A stretch of DNA of 64,000 nt from Sphyrna mokarran (lineage: Eukaryota): the NCBI GenBank assembly GCA_024679065.1, contig JAGIQG010000006.1:97030001-97094000 (forward strand). Reading direction: 5' to 3'. The notes beneath the pieces are model-generated. The model did no database searches. It was not told where the DNA came from and worked only from the letters and a program-made list of their open reading frames with translations. The stretch's first letter is position 1; each line of letters begins with the position of its first letter. This document shows, piece by piece, positions 42,993 to 56,063 of this stretch. Both the position numbers and the translations under genes were made by a program.

Positions 42993-45949
42993 CTGTGAAA
43001 ACATTAACAAAAGGAAAGATTCAGCAAAATCTTTTATATAGTTGGGGTTCAAAAGATAAGCAAATTTACATATTGTGCAATTAAAACAGTGAGCTACACG
43101 GTGAACATGCACCCACAATAAAAAAAAGCTTAAGTAAACAGTTTCATCTCTACTACCAATCTCACATCCCCACTTCATTATTTAATTTTTTGGGATAGCC
43201 CAATAGGACTAGGTGATTCAGTTTCCTGAGAGATGTTTCAAAGCATTAAAAATTATAGCAATTCCTACTAAATAACCCAACTGGATATTGCAAGTGTATC
43301 ATCAAGAGAACTAGTAGTCATGGCCTGTGCACAATAAGCAAAATTATAAGCTTTGAATATAATCAATTCATATAGAAAGAAAAATGGACAGAAAAAATAA
43401 GTTTATAATTCCCCTGTGCCTTTCATAATGTCCCCAAATATCTCAGCCTTTTCAAAGTCCAGGTACTATTGTAATGTAATGCAACAACCATTTTCACAAA
43501 GCAAAAATCCTACAACCAGGAATATAAAAAGACACTGCAAAAATCCAATCCCAGTAAAACTAAAAGTAAATCACGATGAGAAAAGGAGTTATAGTGCTTC
43601 AGATTCAAAACTAAACTATATTAAAGCTGTGACTTCTATCCAATTAGTAGACTGTGAGTAAGCAATGACGGCTGATTCAGGACTTCTACAAACTGCTGGT
43701 GAAATCTAGCCAATGAATGCCACCTGAATTGAAACTACCTTCACACAAAGAGCAAATAATATTCCAGAAAAATTTGCAGATTTCAGCAATTCAGGATTTA
43801 ATAAATAAATGATCCACAAAGAGGCAACATTTGCCATCTATACTTCCATCATTTGCTTAAAAGTTAATCTTCTAAACATTTTATCACTTGATTCTCACTT
43901 GCTACTAATTTTTACCTTTCAGTAAGCCACTTTTGCAGTGTTTTATCAGGAATACATATTTCCAAAAGAGCTTCAAATTAACAAGCAAGCTTTTTAATAT
44001 TCTACCAAAGTTTGATGATAAAATTAAACTGCACTTTTAACCTAGCTTAAAATACAGGTGTTGTGAACGCGGAGAACAATAATCATTTAATCTCTCAGTT
44101 TTTGACAGAGGTTCAAAATTCAGGATGATAAACAACCATATTTCCACATCAGTGCCCAAGATAGAAACAACTTTAGATGTTTTCAGATTGCCAAACCTCA
44201 AATGTATTCTGTCTTTGTGCTTGGATATTAATTTGTTCTGAATGATTTTCACAACACACAACTATCACTGTTACTGATTCACATTCATTTCAGTTGGTTA
44301 GGTGCATTGGCCACTTTAAAACTCTCCCTTATTGTACCTGAGCAGGTGCCAGAATGTGGTAACTAGGGGATTTTCACAGTAACTTTATTGCAGTGTTAAT
44401 ATAAGCCTATTTGTAACACTAAAACTTTAAAATATCCATTTTTGGATTTGACAAGTACTTCCTGCAATTTCCATGCCTTGCATATTTCTGCTATGCAACA
44501 GGATTGAGAAAAAAGCCCTTGAAAGAATAGCAGATATGCTCTCCCATGTTGATGTGTCTTGCTGTGTGCCTTAGTGTGCACCAGTTACTACGAGGAAGTG
44601 TTCCAGAATCCATTGAGGAGCACTTACCATGAAACTGCCCTGTAGTGTCAGCCATAGCTGCTGTTCCTTGAATGGAAGAGCAGAAGTCTACAGACTTCGC
44701 TCAAACATCTTGCAAAAAGATCAAAGGGCAAAATGGAAGCATTTGTGTACAGGTTTTGTGTTGCCAACATCTGAAGAGAATAATTATGCACCAAAATGGA
44801 AAGGAAGGGAAAGGAAAGCACTAGCTAACAGCATAAGTTCTTATCTATTTGGCACTTTTGAACTAAAAGGAACCCATGTGTACTATAACACACATCTAAA
44901 CAACCAGACACACATGACAAGACACATCTTTCATCCTCCATAAGCTTGAACTCATCCAAAACTCTATTGCCCATATCCTAACTCGCATCAATTCCCGATC
45001 AACCAAAATCCCTGTAATCATTGACCTACGTTTGGCTGCAAGTGTAGCAACGTCTCAGTTTTAAAGATTCTTATCCTATCTTTCCAAGTCCTTTCATGAT
45101 CTAAGCCTCCTTCCAGTCCTCAGTGCTCCTCCAATTCCAGCCTCCAGAGTTTTCCCAATTTAAATGTCCCAATGCCTCAAGATAAAGGACTCTAATTCCT
45201 CCCTTTGAGCTTCTCAATATGGACAGGACAGACTGGTCAGAGGTATGCTGAAGTGAATCTGCTGTCTAATTTTTGCTCCCGTGGAGCACTGGCATTAACT
45301 ATACATTGTTGTTATGAAACTCAGTTGTGGACAACATAGTACATAACTATAGAGCTGATGGCCATTTCATCAGCACCTTTCACATGAGCCCATGGTTAGC
45401 AAATAAAAACGTCAATAAAAGCTACCAAAAACGAAGCAGCAAAGGCTCTGAAACAAAAGAATCCAGCAGAGCAGTCAGTAAAATGGGGTAGGGATTGCAA
45501 ATGATTTTACTGAAGACTGAACAATTGATTTTAGAAGTTGTGCATTAGAAAAGTCAACATCTGCTGCAGCATTTGCTATAAACAACAACACTATTTTCAG
45601 GAAAAGTGATTTGTAATTGCTTTAAAATTGGGAAGAACCCCAAGTCACAGACTATTTGCTACTTTCAACTATTCACAATTGTCGAAGCACTTCAGATGAG
45701 GATAATGAAAGTTCTGAAAGAGAGGTACATGTATGTGCACATACAATTGAGCGAGGGAGATATATATATTAAAAATAGGAGCACTTATAAAGAAAACAGA
45801 AAGAGAAAAGTTATTGTACGCAGAGATGCCAAGATCATTTGGTAACATTGTCTCTGAAGGAATGACAATAGAAATTGATCTACTAGTCTAATTACCTGCT
45901 TCCATGAATAATCTGGCTCTATTTAACTGTTTGGGACAGAGGTGGGTTA

Positions 45950-46885
45950 CATAAGAATATAAAAAATAGGAGCAAGAGTAGTCCATCTAGCCCTTCGAGC
46001 CTGCCCCAGCATTCAGTAAGATCACAGCTGATCTGAAGTGGATCAGTTCCACTTATCCATCTGCTCCCCATAACCCTTAATTCCCTTATCGATCAGAAAT
46101 CTATCCATCTGTGACTTAAACGTATTCAATGAGGTGGTCTCCACCACTTCAATGGGCAGGGAATTCTGGAGATTCACCACCCTCTGAGGAAAGAAGTTCC
46201 TCCACAACTCTGTTCTAAACTGCCCCCCCCCCAACTTATTTAGAGGCTGTGCCCTCTAGTTCTGGTTTCCTTTCTAAGTGGAAGAATCTCTCTACCCCTA
46301 CCCTATCTAGCCCCTTCATTATCTTGTAAATCTCTACAAGATCCCCCCCCTCAGTCTTCTAAACTCCAATGAATACAGGGCTAATCTACTCAATCCCTCC
46401 TTGTAAGCTAACCCCCTCATCTTCAGTATCAGCCTGGAGAACATTCTCTGTACTCCCAAGGTCAATATATCCTTTCACAAATAAGGGGATCAAAACTGCA
46501 CACAGTACTCCAGTTTCGGCCTCACCAGTACCCTGTACATTGCAGCAAGACCTCCCTGCTTTTATATTCTATCCCCCTCGTGATAAAGGCCAACATTCCA
46601 TTCGCGTTCCTGATCACCTGCAGTCTGAGTTTTTGCGATTTGTGCACAAGGATCCCAAGGTCCCTCTGTACAGTAGTATGCTGCAGCTTTTCGCCCTTTA
46701 AATAATAATCCATCCTACTATTATTTCTTCCGAAATGGATAACATCACATTTGTTAATGTTTATACTCTGCCAGGCCCTCGCCCACTCACTCAGGCTATC
46801 CAAATCTTTCGGCAGACTTTGTGTCCTCCACGCAATTCGCTTTTCCACTCATCTTCGTGTCATCAGCAAACTTTGTTATCTGACA
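45950..46885 (-). mobile_element. Relatively young CR1 (HER1-like) LINE 3' fragment
   Basis: ORFs 46522..46848 (DLDSLSEWARAWQ..NKC.VIHFGR) and 46043..46234 (FRTE.RNFF.QRVVNL.NSLP), plus the 3'UTR tail. Confidence 0.88.
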
Positions 46886-47803
46886 CCCAACTACACTTAG
46901 GGTTAAAGACAGCAAGAGGGAAAGGTGGTCTCGGGATTACCCTGCACAAATTGATCACAGGTTTTAAGAGTGTTTTAATCTCAATAACACAAGAGCTATT
47001 TTATATGAGTTGACACAATCCAGTTGCCAAAAAGAAAGAACTCTTGATAAATTTTCATTTTCATGGCATTTTTCATGACTTCAAGCACCTCAAATGCTTA
47101 CAGCTAATCAAAGTACTTTAAACTGGAGTCACTAAACATAACAAGGAAATGTGGCAGCCAAATGCAGACCTGAAAATCTCAAATAGCCATTAGATAACAT
47201 TCAGATGATCTAATTTTTAGCGACTATGTGAAATGGGAAATTGGGAGAACTTTGCTATTCTCCTATGGCATTTATTGTCATGGGATCTTTTACATTGACA
47301 TGAGGGAAGATTGAGCTGCAGACTAGGAGCTTGTCTGAAAGATGAAGCAGCACTCCTTCATTATTATGTTGACAGTGTCAGTATGAATATGATGGAATGT
47401 CTGGAGAAGATGATCTTCTTGATTGGCACCCAATCCACTACCCAAAATATTCATTCCCTCCACCGTGGTTTAAACAGGATGCACTGCAGTAACTCACTAA
47501 TTCCTTCCCAAGCCTATAACCTACAAACTTATTAACTCCACTGCCTGCAAGTTCCAAGTCACATGTCATTCCAAATTGGAATGAATCACCCTTCCAGCAT
47601 GGTCACTGGATCAAAATCTTGGAACTTCTCAATACAAAAGCAAGTGTGCCTGCACCACATGAACTGTAAAAGCTCAAGGTGACAAATCACCAGCATCTTC
47701 CCAAGTCCAAATACACAACAAATGCTGATTAATCAAGTGACATCAACATCCTCTTTAAAAAAACTCCTGGCTCAGAAGCATAAGTGTTACCAATGAGCCG
47801 CAG

Positions 47804-48202
47804 ACCTGGTGCAGAGAGGAGTGGATCAGGATGCCGACCTTATGAACCTGCTCTTAGGCCTGGCGAGACGCACTATTAACAGGTCCAGGCAGCGGGCGAT
47901 CAACGGGACTGTCCACCCCAACTGTCTGCCCCTCTACCGTGGCTATGTTCGCAGCCAGGTGTCCCTGGAGAGGGAGCATGCAGTGTCCATGGGTGCAGTT
48001 GACGCCTTCTGTGCCTGCTGGGCACTGCAGGAGCTGGGGTGTGTTACAGGCCCTGATAATCACATTTTGATTTAATGTTTTAGATTTCCTTTGGATTTTG
48101 GTTTCTGTTCGTGCTGTCCCACTTTCCTCCTGGCAGGCTGCCCCTCTTAATTTGTCCCTAAGTTAATTTGACTTTGTTTATTCGTTGGGTACATAAAAGA
48201 AC
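47804..48202 (+). mobile_element. 5'-truncated Tx1-clade (L1-like) LINE with 16-bp target-site duplication
   Basis: ORF 47809..48075 (NLLLGLAR.TINRSRQRA...CLPLYRGYVRSQVSLEREHA) matches the Tx1 ORF2 C-terminus. TSD taccaatgagcc(g/a)cag at 47788-47803 and 48203-48218. Confidence 0.8.
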
Positions 48203-49474
48203 TACCAATGAGCCACAGTTAAAAACACAATGGTGGTCTGCATGTACTTGATGTTTCAAATATCCTCAATAGTAATCACACAAGGTAAATAAAATTTATA
48301 ACCAGGGTTTTCTTAATGGAGATAAAAGCAAAGGCAGATGTTTCAGACACTTACTGCAGCTTCAAGTACAAGGCAGGAAAGATTACAGATACAGAAATCA
48401 ATGTTTGTGAATTCTGGGTGTTTGTTATTTTTGCATGAATGGTACAGTTTAATACTAACAGAAGGGTATTAATTCCATAGCCCAAGCCACATAAATTCCA
48501 CTGTCATATTTTGATCATTTATTTAGCAGCCTGTGCCAAAGGTGGGTCAATACATGGGTGCCACCACACGACACAAGCTCTGGCTCACCATAACAGGCTA
48601 CAACTGTGGATTGGTTTCATTCAAGGGGAGCATGTGGTGTTTTCTACAAGTCTATTTCTTTCTGGTGTTTTATTGCATGTTTAAGTGCTATCAGATTGAA
48701 AAAAAATCAGTAGAATTGCCCAGAAGCCAAGAATTCATAAATCCCACTCAAACCAACAGAGCACACTTAGAGCCAAACACCAGCTACTTTCAGATTTAGC
48801 CAACATTCAGCTTGAAATAAACAAGCTGGAGAGTGCTGAAAAACTTCTGATGAATTTGTGACTTCCTCCCATATTCTTTTGCATTTGATCAATATTGTCA
48901 CATCCAAGCACTTGTGTACAAAAGAAATGACTTCTTGCATTGAGCTGCACAAACAAGTCTATAAATTGTGAAGCATCACAGTTCATACCTGCAGCCTTTA
49001 ATCCCTAAATAGATGATGGTGCAAGGAGCACTTAGGCAGTCACTGGGTCCATGCACAAGCAGATCCCCTCTCCACCTTCCCTGGGGATGTCCCTCCATTG
49101 GTGTTAATACGAGTCAGTTCAGTGCCCTGAACTGGGGGCCAGGCTGAGCTGTGAATTTCCACGCTTAACCTGTTCTCTCCTGTTCAAACATCTGTATATT
49201 CGTTTTGAATCGCCGAAGCAGTAAAACGGTGATTTTTTTTTAAATTTAAAATGTGTCATATAACACCCCACAAAAAACAAAAATAATAAATTAACAATAA
49301 TTTTATTTGGGATCACTGCTGAATTTCTAAACAACGCAAACTATTGAAAAATATCAATGAGTTGACAAGAAACAAAAACACCTCGATGGAGAAAACTTTA
49401 AAAGATCGTATTTCAAAGCGAGTTGAGCTTTTATATTTACTTTAAAAGTTTTGCACTGGGAAAAGCAAACGTAC

Positions 49475-49880
49475 CTCCAGGGAAGGAGTCTGAGACTAAT
49501 CTAGTGTAACTCTCCTTACCTTCTAGCTAATGCAGTATGTTGGGTCCAACTCAAAGTTACAGCAGCCCGGAGTTCACCGCACTCACTACACATACACAGA
49601 CAGATGATTCCTGTACCTCTCGGCACGGCTGCTGGTAAAGACCAAAAGTACAGCTCGGCACTTTTTATAATCTAAAAACTGGGGAGTGTCACCTGGTGCA
49701 GGGGCACATGACAGTAAAACGGGACAGAGAGAGAGAGAGATAGATAGTGGGAGGTCCTTGGCATTTCCCCAACACGCATGGGTTGCACATGCAAATGCCA
49801 CTCGCCTAGGCAGGGAGGGCACTGGTCCAGATTTGCGGATTATACACAAGGAGCAAATGAGTCATGTCTTATATACCCAA
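49475..49880 (-). promoter_or_regulatory. Candidate SLC20A2 promoter / non-coding first exon
   Basis: Locally CpG-richer, repeat-free segment with minus-strand TATA-like boxes (TATAAAA 49669-49663, TATATAA ~49875-49869). Donor-like sites follow: A|GTGAGT (49587), AAG|GTAAGG (49520) and GAG|GTACGT (49475). Confidence 0.35.
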
Positions 49881-50559
49881 GATTTTGCAACTTTTAAATC
49901 CGGAAAATAAAACCATTTTCACTCCCTTCACATTTTAAACAACCCATTTACCAAATTAGAATGATTTCTGGGAGCTCCAGCAATGCCATTGTAAGACGTG
50001 TAAATTATAGAGTCCAGGCAGCAATTATCGGCATCCCACCAATCTATTCCATCTCGGGTATAGATCCCATCTCTACAAGCACGCTACACAAAAATGTTAC
50101 GGGGATGGGGGACAGAGAGAGAAAGAGAGAGCATAGGAGGACAGAGATACAGACTTAAACTGAACAGAGAAAAAGCCTTTTAGGAAAAGGACAAAAATTG
50201 GACTGGGGAACTGATGTGTCCATATCTGGAACATCACATTGAAGGCATTATTCCTGTAATGCAGCTCGTAATGCACCCCCCCCCCCCGCCTCCGGTGAAC
50301 AAAATGTCATAGAGAAAGCTTTGGGAACATTAATTCTGGTACCTTTTTTAACTGTCAAAGATCCGAAGAATTTGCTGGAATGGCTGTGCAATGACCTGCA
50401 ACAGCTGTTACACATTCACTACTCCGGAAAAATCTTATATAATTATTTACCCTCAAGTGCTGTGGTTTTTCACGTCATACCTTAGTACTGCAGCCAGGTC
50501 TTAACACCTCAAGTCTTATGTCCTTGGGTCATCAGCCAGAAGTTTAAACAAGAAATGAT

Positions 50560-51065
50560 TTGATTTGTCACATATATTAGTGTACAATGAAAAGTATTGT
50601 TTGTGTGCTGTATAGACAAAGCATTTCATAGAGAAAGAAAGTAATGTGTTACAGTTATTGCTGAGTGTACAGCAAGATCAACTTAGTGCCAGGTAGGTCC
50701 ATTCAAAAGTCTGATGGCAGCAGGAAAGAAGCTGTTCTTGAGTCGGTCGATACGTGACCTCAGACTTTTGCATTTTTTTCTCAATGGAAGAAGTTGGCCA
50801 CACAGTCATGGGTGCATAAGGAGTATGGTAGGGACTAAAGACACAGCCTAATGGGGCACCAGTATTGAGATGATCCTGGAGGCAGTGCTGTTGCCCATTC
50901 TTACTGATTGCTGTCTGTGGGCTAGGAAGTCTAAGATCCAGTCACAGACCGAGAAGCCCAGGTCTAGGCCACAGAATTTGGAAATGATTTTCATAGGAAT
51001 AATGATGTGAAAAGCTGAGTTATAGTCAATAAATAGGAGTCTGACAATGAACAAACTGTTCTGAA
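50560..51065 (-). mobile_element. Rex1/Babar-type LINE RT fragment
   Basis: ORF 50848..51096: VRLLFIDYNSAF..IIP...CDWILDFL.HR.QSVRMG. Confidence 0.75.
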
Positions 51066-51845
51066 TTAATAGCATTTCCCTTTGCAATTTCAGCAAGTGG
51101 CATGTTTCAAATTTCTATATAAACCAATAGACAAATATAGCATTTATTTTTTCTCTACTACATCTGAAGTGAAGTACACATTTTTAACTATATATAACTG
51201 TTTAACATGCAATTATATAAAGCAGGAGATTAATGAAGGCAAGTGATTAACAAAAAAGGCTAGGAGTTTTTTTTAAAAAAAGGAAAAACAACATGCAATG
51301 ATCTGGAATGCACTGCTCAAAAAGGTAGTGCAATCAGATTCAGTAGCAACTTTTAATAAGAAATTGGATATCTAGTTGAAAACAAGAAAATCTGGAGAGC
51401 TGGGAGGTTAGACCAGGGGAAGTGGGAATAATTAGAAAGCTCTTTCAAAGAACACGTACCAGCAGAATTGACTGAATGACTGACTGCATCTTAGAACATT
51501 TACGATTCTCTACAAGAAAGCAGGAGGAAAATAAACTTCAAACATTCCCCGCAGTACAGAAGTCCATTCAGCCCATGGAATCAACACCAACTCTAAGAGT
51601 ATCCACCACACTCCTCTTCCCTCTCCCTCACCTAAATGTTTACAGAGGCTAATCCACTTAAGCTACACATCTTGGGACACTAACAGACAATTTAACATGA
51701 CCAATCCACTTAACCTGCAGCTCTGTCTCCTGTCAGGTAGTTGAAGAAGATTTTATGACACTATTCAAAAAGAGCTGGGAGTTCTGTCTAATGACCTGAC
51801 CAAAATTATGTTTTCTGGTCATTTTGCTCAATACATAACCTACAC

Positions 51846-52133
51846 ATAGAATCAAATCCCTACAGTGCAGAAAGAGACCCTTTGGCCCATCAAGTCTATA
51901 TTGACAGTAATCTCAGCAACTCCCCCATATTTATTCTGCTAATTTCTGTGACATCAAGGTGTAATTTACCATGGCCAAACCACCTAACCCGGAGATCTTT
52001 GGATTGTGAGAGGAAACCAGAGCACTTGGAGGAAACCCAAACAGGGGGAGAATATGCAAACTCCACACAGCCAGTTACCCAAGGCTGGAACTGAACCCAG
52101 GTTTCCGGTGCTAACCACTGTGCCACCATGCCC
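51846..52133 (-). mobile_element. HE1-like V-SINE
   Basis: Tail, V-domain and head in reverse orientation. Confidence 0.8.
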
Positions 52134-52191
52134 CTTCAGACATCTCTCAGATGGATGCAAAAGATCCCACTGTATTATTGCAAGTCCATGG

Positions 52192-52497
52192 GGTGACACA
52201 GTGGCTCAGTGGTTAGCACTGCTACCTCATAGCATCAAGGACCTGGGTTCGATTCCAATCTTGGGTGACTGTTTGGAATTTGCATGTTCTGTGTCTGCAT
52301 GGGTTTCCTCCAGGTGCTTCCAGATTTAGATGTGCAGGTTACGTAGATTGGTCATCCTTGGTGTCCCATGATTTATAGGTTAGAAGGGAAAATATATCCA
52401 GGGTTACAGAATAGGGTCTGAGTGGATTGCTCTGACAAAGAGTCAGTTCAGACTTTATGGGCTAAACTGCCTCCTTCTGGACTATAGGGATTCTACA
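52192..52497 (+). mobile_element. HE1-like V-SINE
   Basis: A-box gtggctcagtggttagcac, B-box gggttcgattcc and tail cctccttctggactataggggattct. Confidence 0.8.
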
Positions 52498-53217
52498 GGA
52501 AGATGCATCGGAAGTAAAGATTAGCATAAATCAAATGGTAAAGCAAGCTCCTGATGCAAGATGATCTACCTGTCTCCTATTTTATTTGTCTGAGTTAGAA
52601 GATTGCAGTCTATTACATTGTTAGAATTGCTATCTTTTAGGATGAAATTTAATTTTCATCTTTGTCCATTCAGAATGGGTTAAAAAATCCCAGGGCAACT
52701 AGCAGCAAGTAGAGACTATCTCCATTATCTTTGGGGAACATTCCTCCTTCAAATTCAACTAGATTAGGAATTTTTCTCATTGCTGTTTGTGAGCCTTTGC
52801 TACATCCCCTATGCACTTCAAAAGAAATATATAGCCAAATAAGTACTCACAGATGAAAGATGTAATATAAATTTTAAGAAATAGGAGCGGAGAAAGAAAA
52901 AGTTTTTGCTTATTAATTGTCATCCCAAAAAGTCTCAGACAGAATTACTCCAAAGTAAAACACCAGTGATTATTCATCAAGACTAAATTAATTTAAAAAA
53001 GCGGAGCATGAACCTGTAGCTTAAAAAATTAAAAAGCTGAAAGTAAATTACATAATATCAAGCATCCCAAAAAGTAATCCTGCGAATCAGTTTGCTGACT
53101 GAAATCTACTCCATTCTTACAAAGAGGCAGTGGCAAGAGATTTTCTGGGACAGGTCAAGTGGTGTGTGCTGCATGTTAAAAATATTTCTTTGCGCAGTTC
53201 AGGCATTTCATAATTCA

Positions 53218-53390
53218 TTAGAATCATAGAAACCCTACAGCATAGAAAGAGGCCATTCAGCCCATCAAATCTGCATCTACCACAATCCCGAGGCCCTATG
53301 CCTATATTCGTACATATTTACCCACTAATCCTTCTAAGGACACTAAGGACAATTTTTAACACGGCCAATCAATATAACCCCACATCTTTG
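53218..53390 (-). mobile_element. HE1-like V-SINE 3' fragment
   Basis: tagaatcatagaaaccctacag...cacatctttg. Confidence 0.8.
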
Positions 53391-55440
53391 TTATGGAATA
53401 ATTTGATATACTATTGAAAAAAATTGCTTGGTGACAAAATTTAGTTGGTGCATAGAAATTCATAAAGACTTAGTGATAGCTTATTCCATAACATGCGCAC
53501 AGCCTTTGATAGGAAAGCACTTGCATTTATATAGTGCCTTTCATGATGGTCCAGAGACCTTCACAGCCAATGAAGGATTCTTGTAGTAATGCAGGAAACG
53601 TAGCCATCGATTTGCCCACAGCAAGGTCACAGTCATATTGAGCAAAGTGACTAGAAAACATGTTTTTGGTCAGGTCAGGTCAGCAGACAGAATTATCCAG
53701 CTCTTTAAATAGCGCCACAAAAATCTTCTCCAACCATCTGGCAGGAGACAGAGCTGTAGTTTAGTGTCTCATTTGCAGATGCCATCTTCAACAGATGTTA
53801 TGACAAGTTTACCAATATGTCCTAATCTTCCCTGTCTGCCTGGTCATATAGCATTTTCCAGTATGCTTCTTCAGTATTGCTCAAGAGCATCAGTCTGGAT
53901 TGTTCACTCAAATCTCTGGAATGTGGCTCTAACCTTTGACCTTCAACCAAATCCACAGAACTTCCCAGTTGATAATAGTGCAGTTTCTAAAAATACATTA
54001 AATGTTGGACCTTGTCCTGGTTGCAGATTACTCATGCCTGATATCCACCATTGCATATTCCATCTCCAAGCCACCCTCTAAATTACAGTGTCTGTATCTG
54101 AGATCAAGTGGTTTTCAGGTTCTTTTTATCTTCTGCTATTGCCTGGTCAGGCTGCAGCCCTTATGGATATAAAAGGCAGGCAGGTACAAAACCATGCTAC
54201 AGTTAAGGTGAAAAGGTGTAAACTTACACATGCTACAGCTTCGATATCACAGATTGTGGGATGAGAGGAAATGAGATGCAAAAAGAATGAGGATATTGTC
54301 ACTTTCTATCATTTAAGCCCTGCTGCTAACCACAGCCTCACAATGTCCAATGTCCATTCTATTGGTAATGAGCTCTGGCCACCTCCCATGGGTACTAATA
54401 CAGATTAATACAGCACTAATAATACATAGCCATTGGGGTCAATGCTAAGAATTGCAATTATCTCATATAGTACACTTAGTAATATATATTAAATGTCAAC
54501 TATCTGCCACGCCATCAAGCTCATGCTGCTCATCACTCACTATGCAATTTCCAGCAATAAGGGCCAATGATTAACATTCATGTGCTTCACCTCACTGGCA
54601 ATTATCATCGTGCAAGCCTCATATCCCCATTTCCACAAAATATCAGCTGCTACTGGCACATGATCCAAAAACATTGCATCATACTGACACTTCCCTCTCT
54701 TTAGTCTGCCCACATGAACATCAGCAAACCAACTGCAGGCAGGCTCCGCTTTATGCGCTGACCCCAATGAAGTTGAACAAACGGAACTGATGTCTTTGAG
54801 GCCACAATAGCAGAGTCACTGAAAAATCCAGGATATGGTAGGTTCTTGCGTTAATGCATCTTCTTACATTCATTTCATCCTTACATTGCAATCTGGGTAC
54901 GGCATTGATCCTGCAGATGGTTCACCCATACATCTCTTGCCTTTTCCCCATTCCCTTTACTCATTCCAACTCTCCCCTTGTGCACGTAAAGAACTGCGAC
55001 CTGACCAGCTAGTGGTGCCAGAGGTTGAAGTCCAAGAGGAACACGTCTCAGAACAACAGTCATTTGCAGACACTGCTCACACTAGCATTGCACACACCTT
55101 ACAGACAGGATCTACAATGATGAGTTATTGGCACAATTAAGCTGCTGTCAAATATTGTGTCTGTGCCAACTCACTAGGGGCTCAGATGAAGGGTCCAGTA
55201 AGGCAGCATACTGGAAAATGCTATATGACCAGGCAGACAGGGAAGATTAGGATGTATTGGTAAACTTGTCATAACACCTTTTGCCACCAACTTTATGCAC
55301 AAGAACTTGGAGTCCATCATTTCTAGTGTGGAAGTAGTGGCCACACTTAGAGATCCAAAAGTGATGCAGCTTCTGATTCCTCAGCTTCCAGTATAGTAGA
55401 GAGGCCATGGAATGTCCAAATGTTACAATCTGAGCTCAGA

Positions 55441-56063
55441 CTGTCCACTCAATGAGCCACTGTCGCTGGGACTACCAGGATGGCTGGCAAATGTGCTGGA
55501 ACACAGATTGCTGGACTGAGGGATCAGCCATGAATGGGTCCAAAAAAGATTTAAGATTTCAGAACGAGAATCCAACAAGGAAAATCAAAAGAAATACCTT
55601 TACTCAGAGTGCAACTGAGGTCATAGTTGTTTGATTATCTGTAAGCTCAGACTGTTGCCATATTAGCTGCAGTTTTACACAGGATAAAACAAACAGGTTA
55701 TTAGAGCCAACATGTCATTTTCTGTGCTCCACTCAAGTCTCCTTCCATCATCCAAATCTATTAGTATAATCCTCCAATCCTTTCTACCTCTTATGCTTGT
55801 CTGCTCTTTCTAAATATATCTATTCTGATTGCATCAGCCAGTCCCTAACGTGAGCTAGTAAGCTGCACTCTGAGTAAAGATATTTCTTTTGATTTTCCTT
55901 ATTGGATTCTCGTTCTGAGATATTCTCAAATATTTTTTGAGAATATCAAATATCTCAAATATCAGCCCATTCATGGCTGATCCCTCAGTCCAGCAATCTG
56001 TGTTCCAGCACATTACCAGAATGGCTGGCAAGTCCCAGCGACAGTGGCTCATTGAGTGGACAG
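55441..56063. repeat. Local inverted duplication (arms 55441-55616 and 55861-56063)
   Basis: The arms are reverse complements of each other, shown by the near-identical ORF translations of 55452+ and 56076-. Confidence 0.9.

Noticed and set aside
52192-52265. tRNA-like A/B boxes (also in the other SINE heads) as tRNA genes
   Set aside because: They continue into SINE core and tail sequence, and there is no intact cloverleaf.
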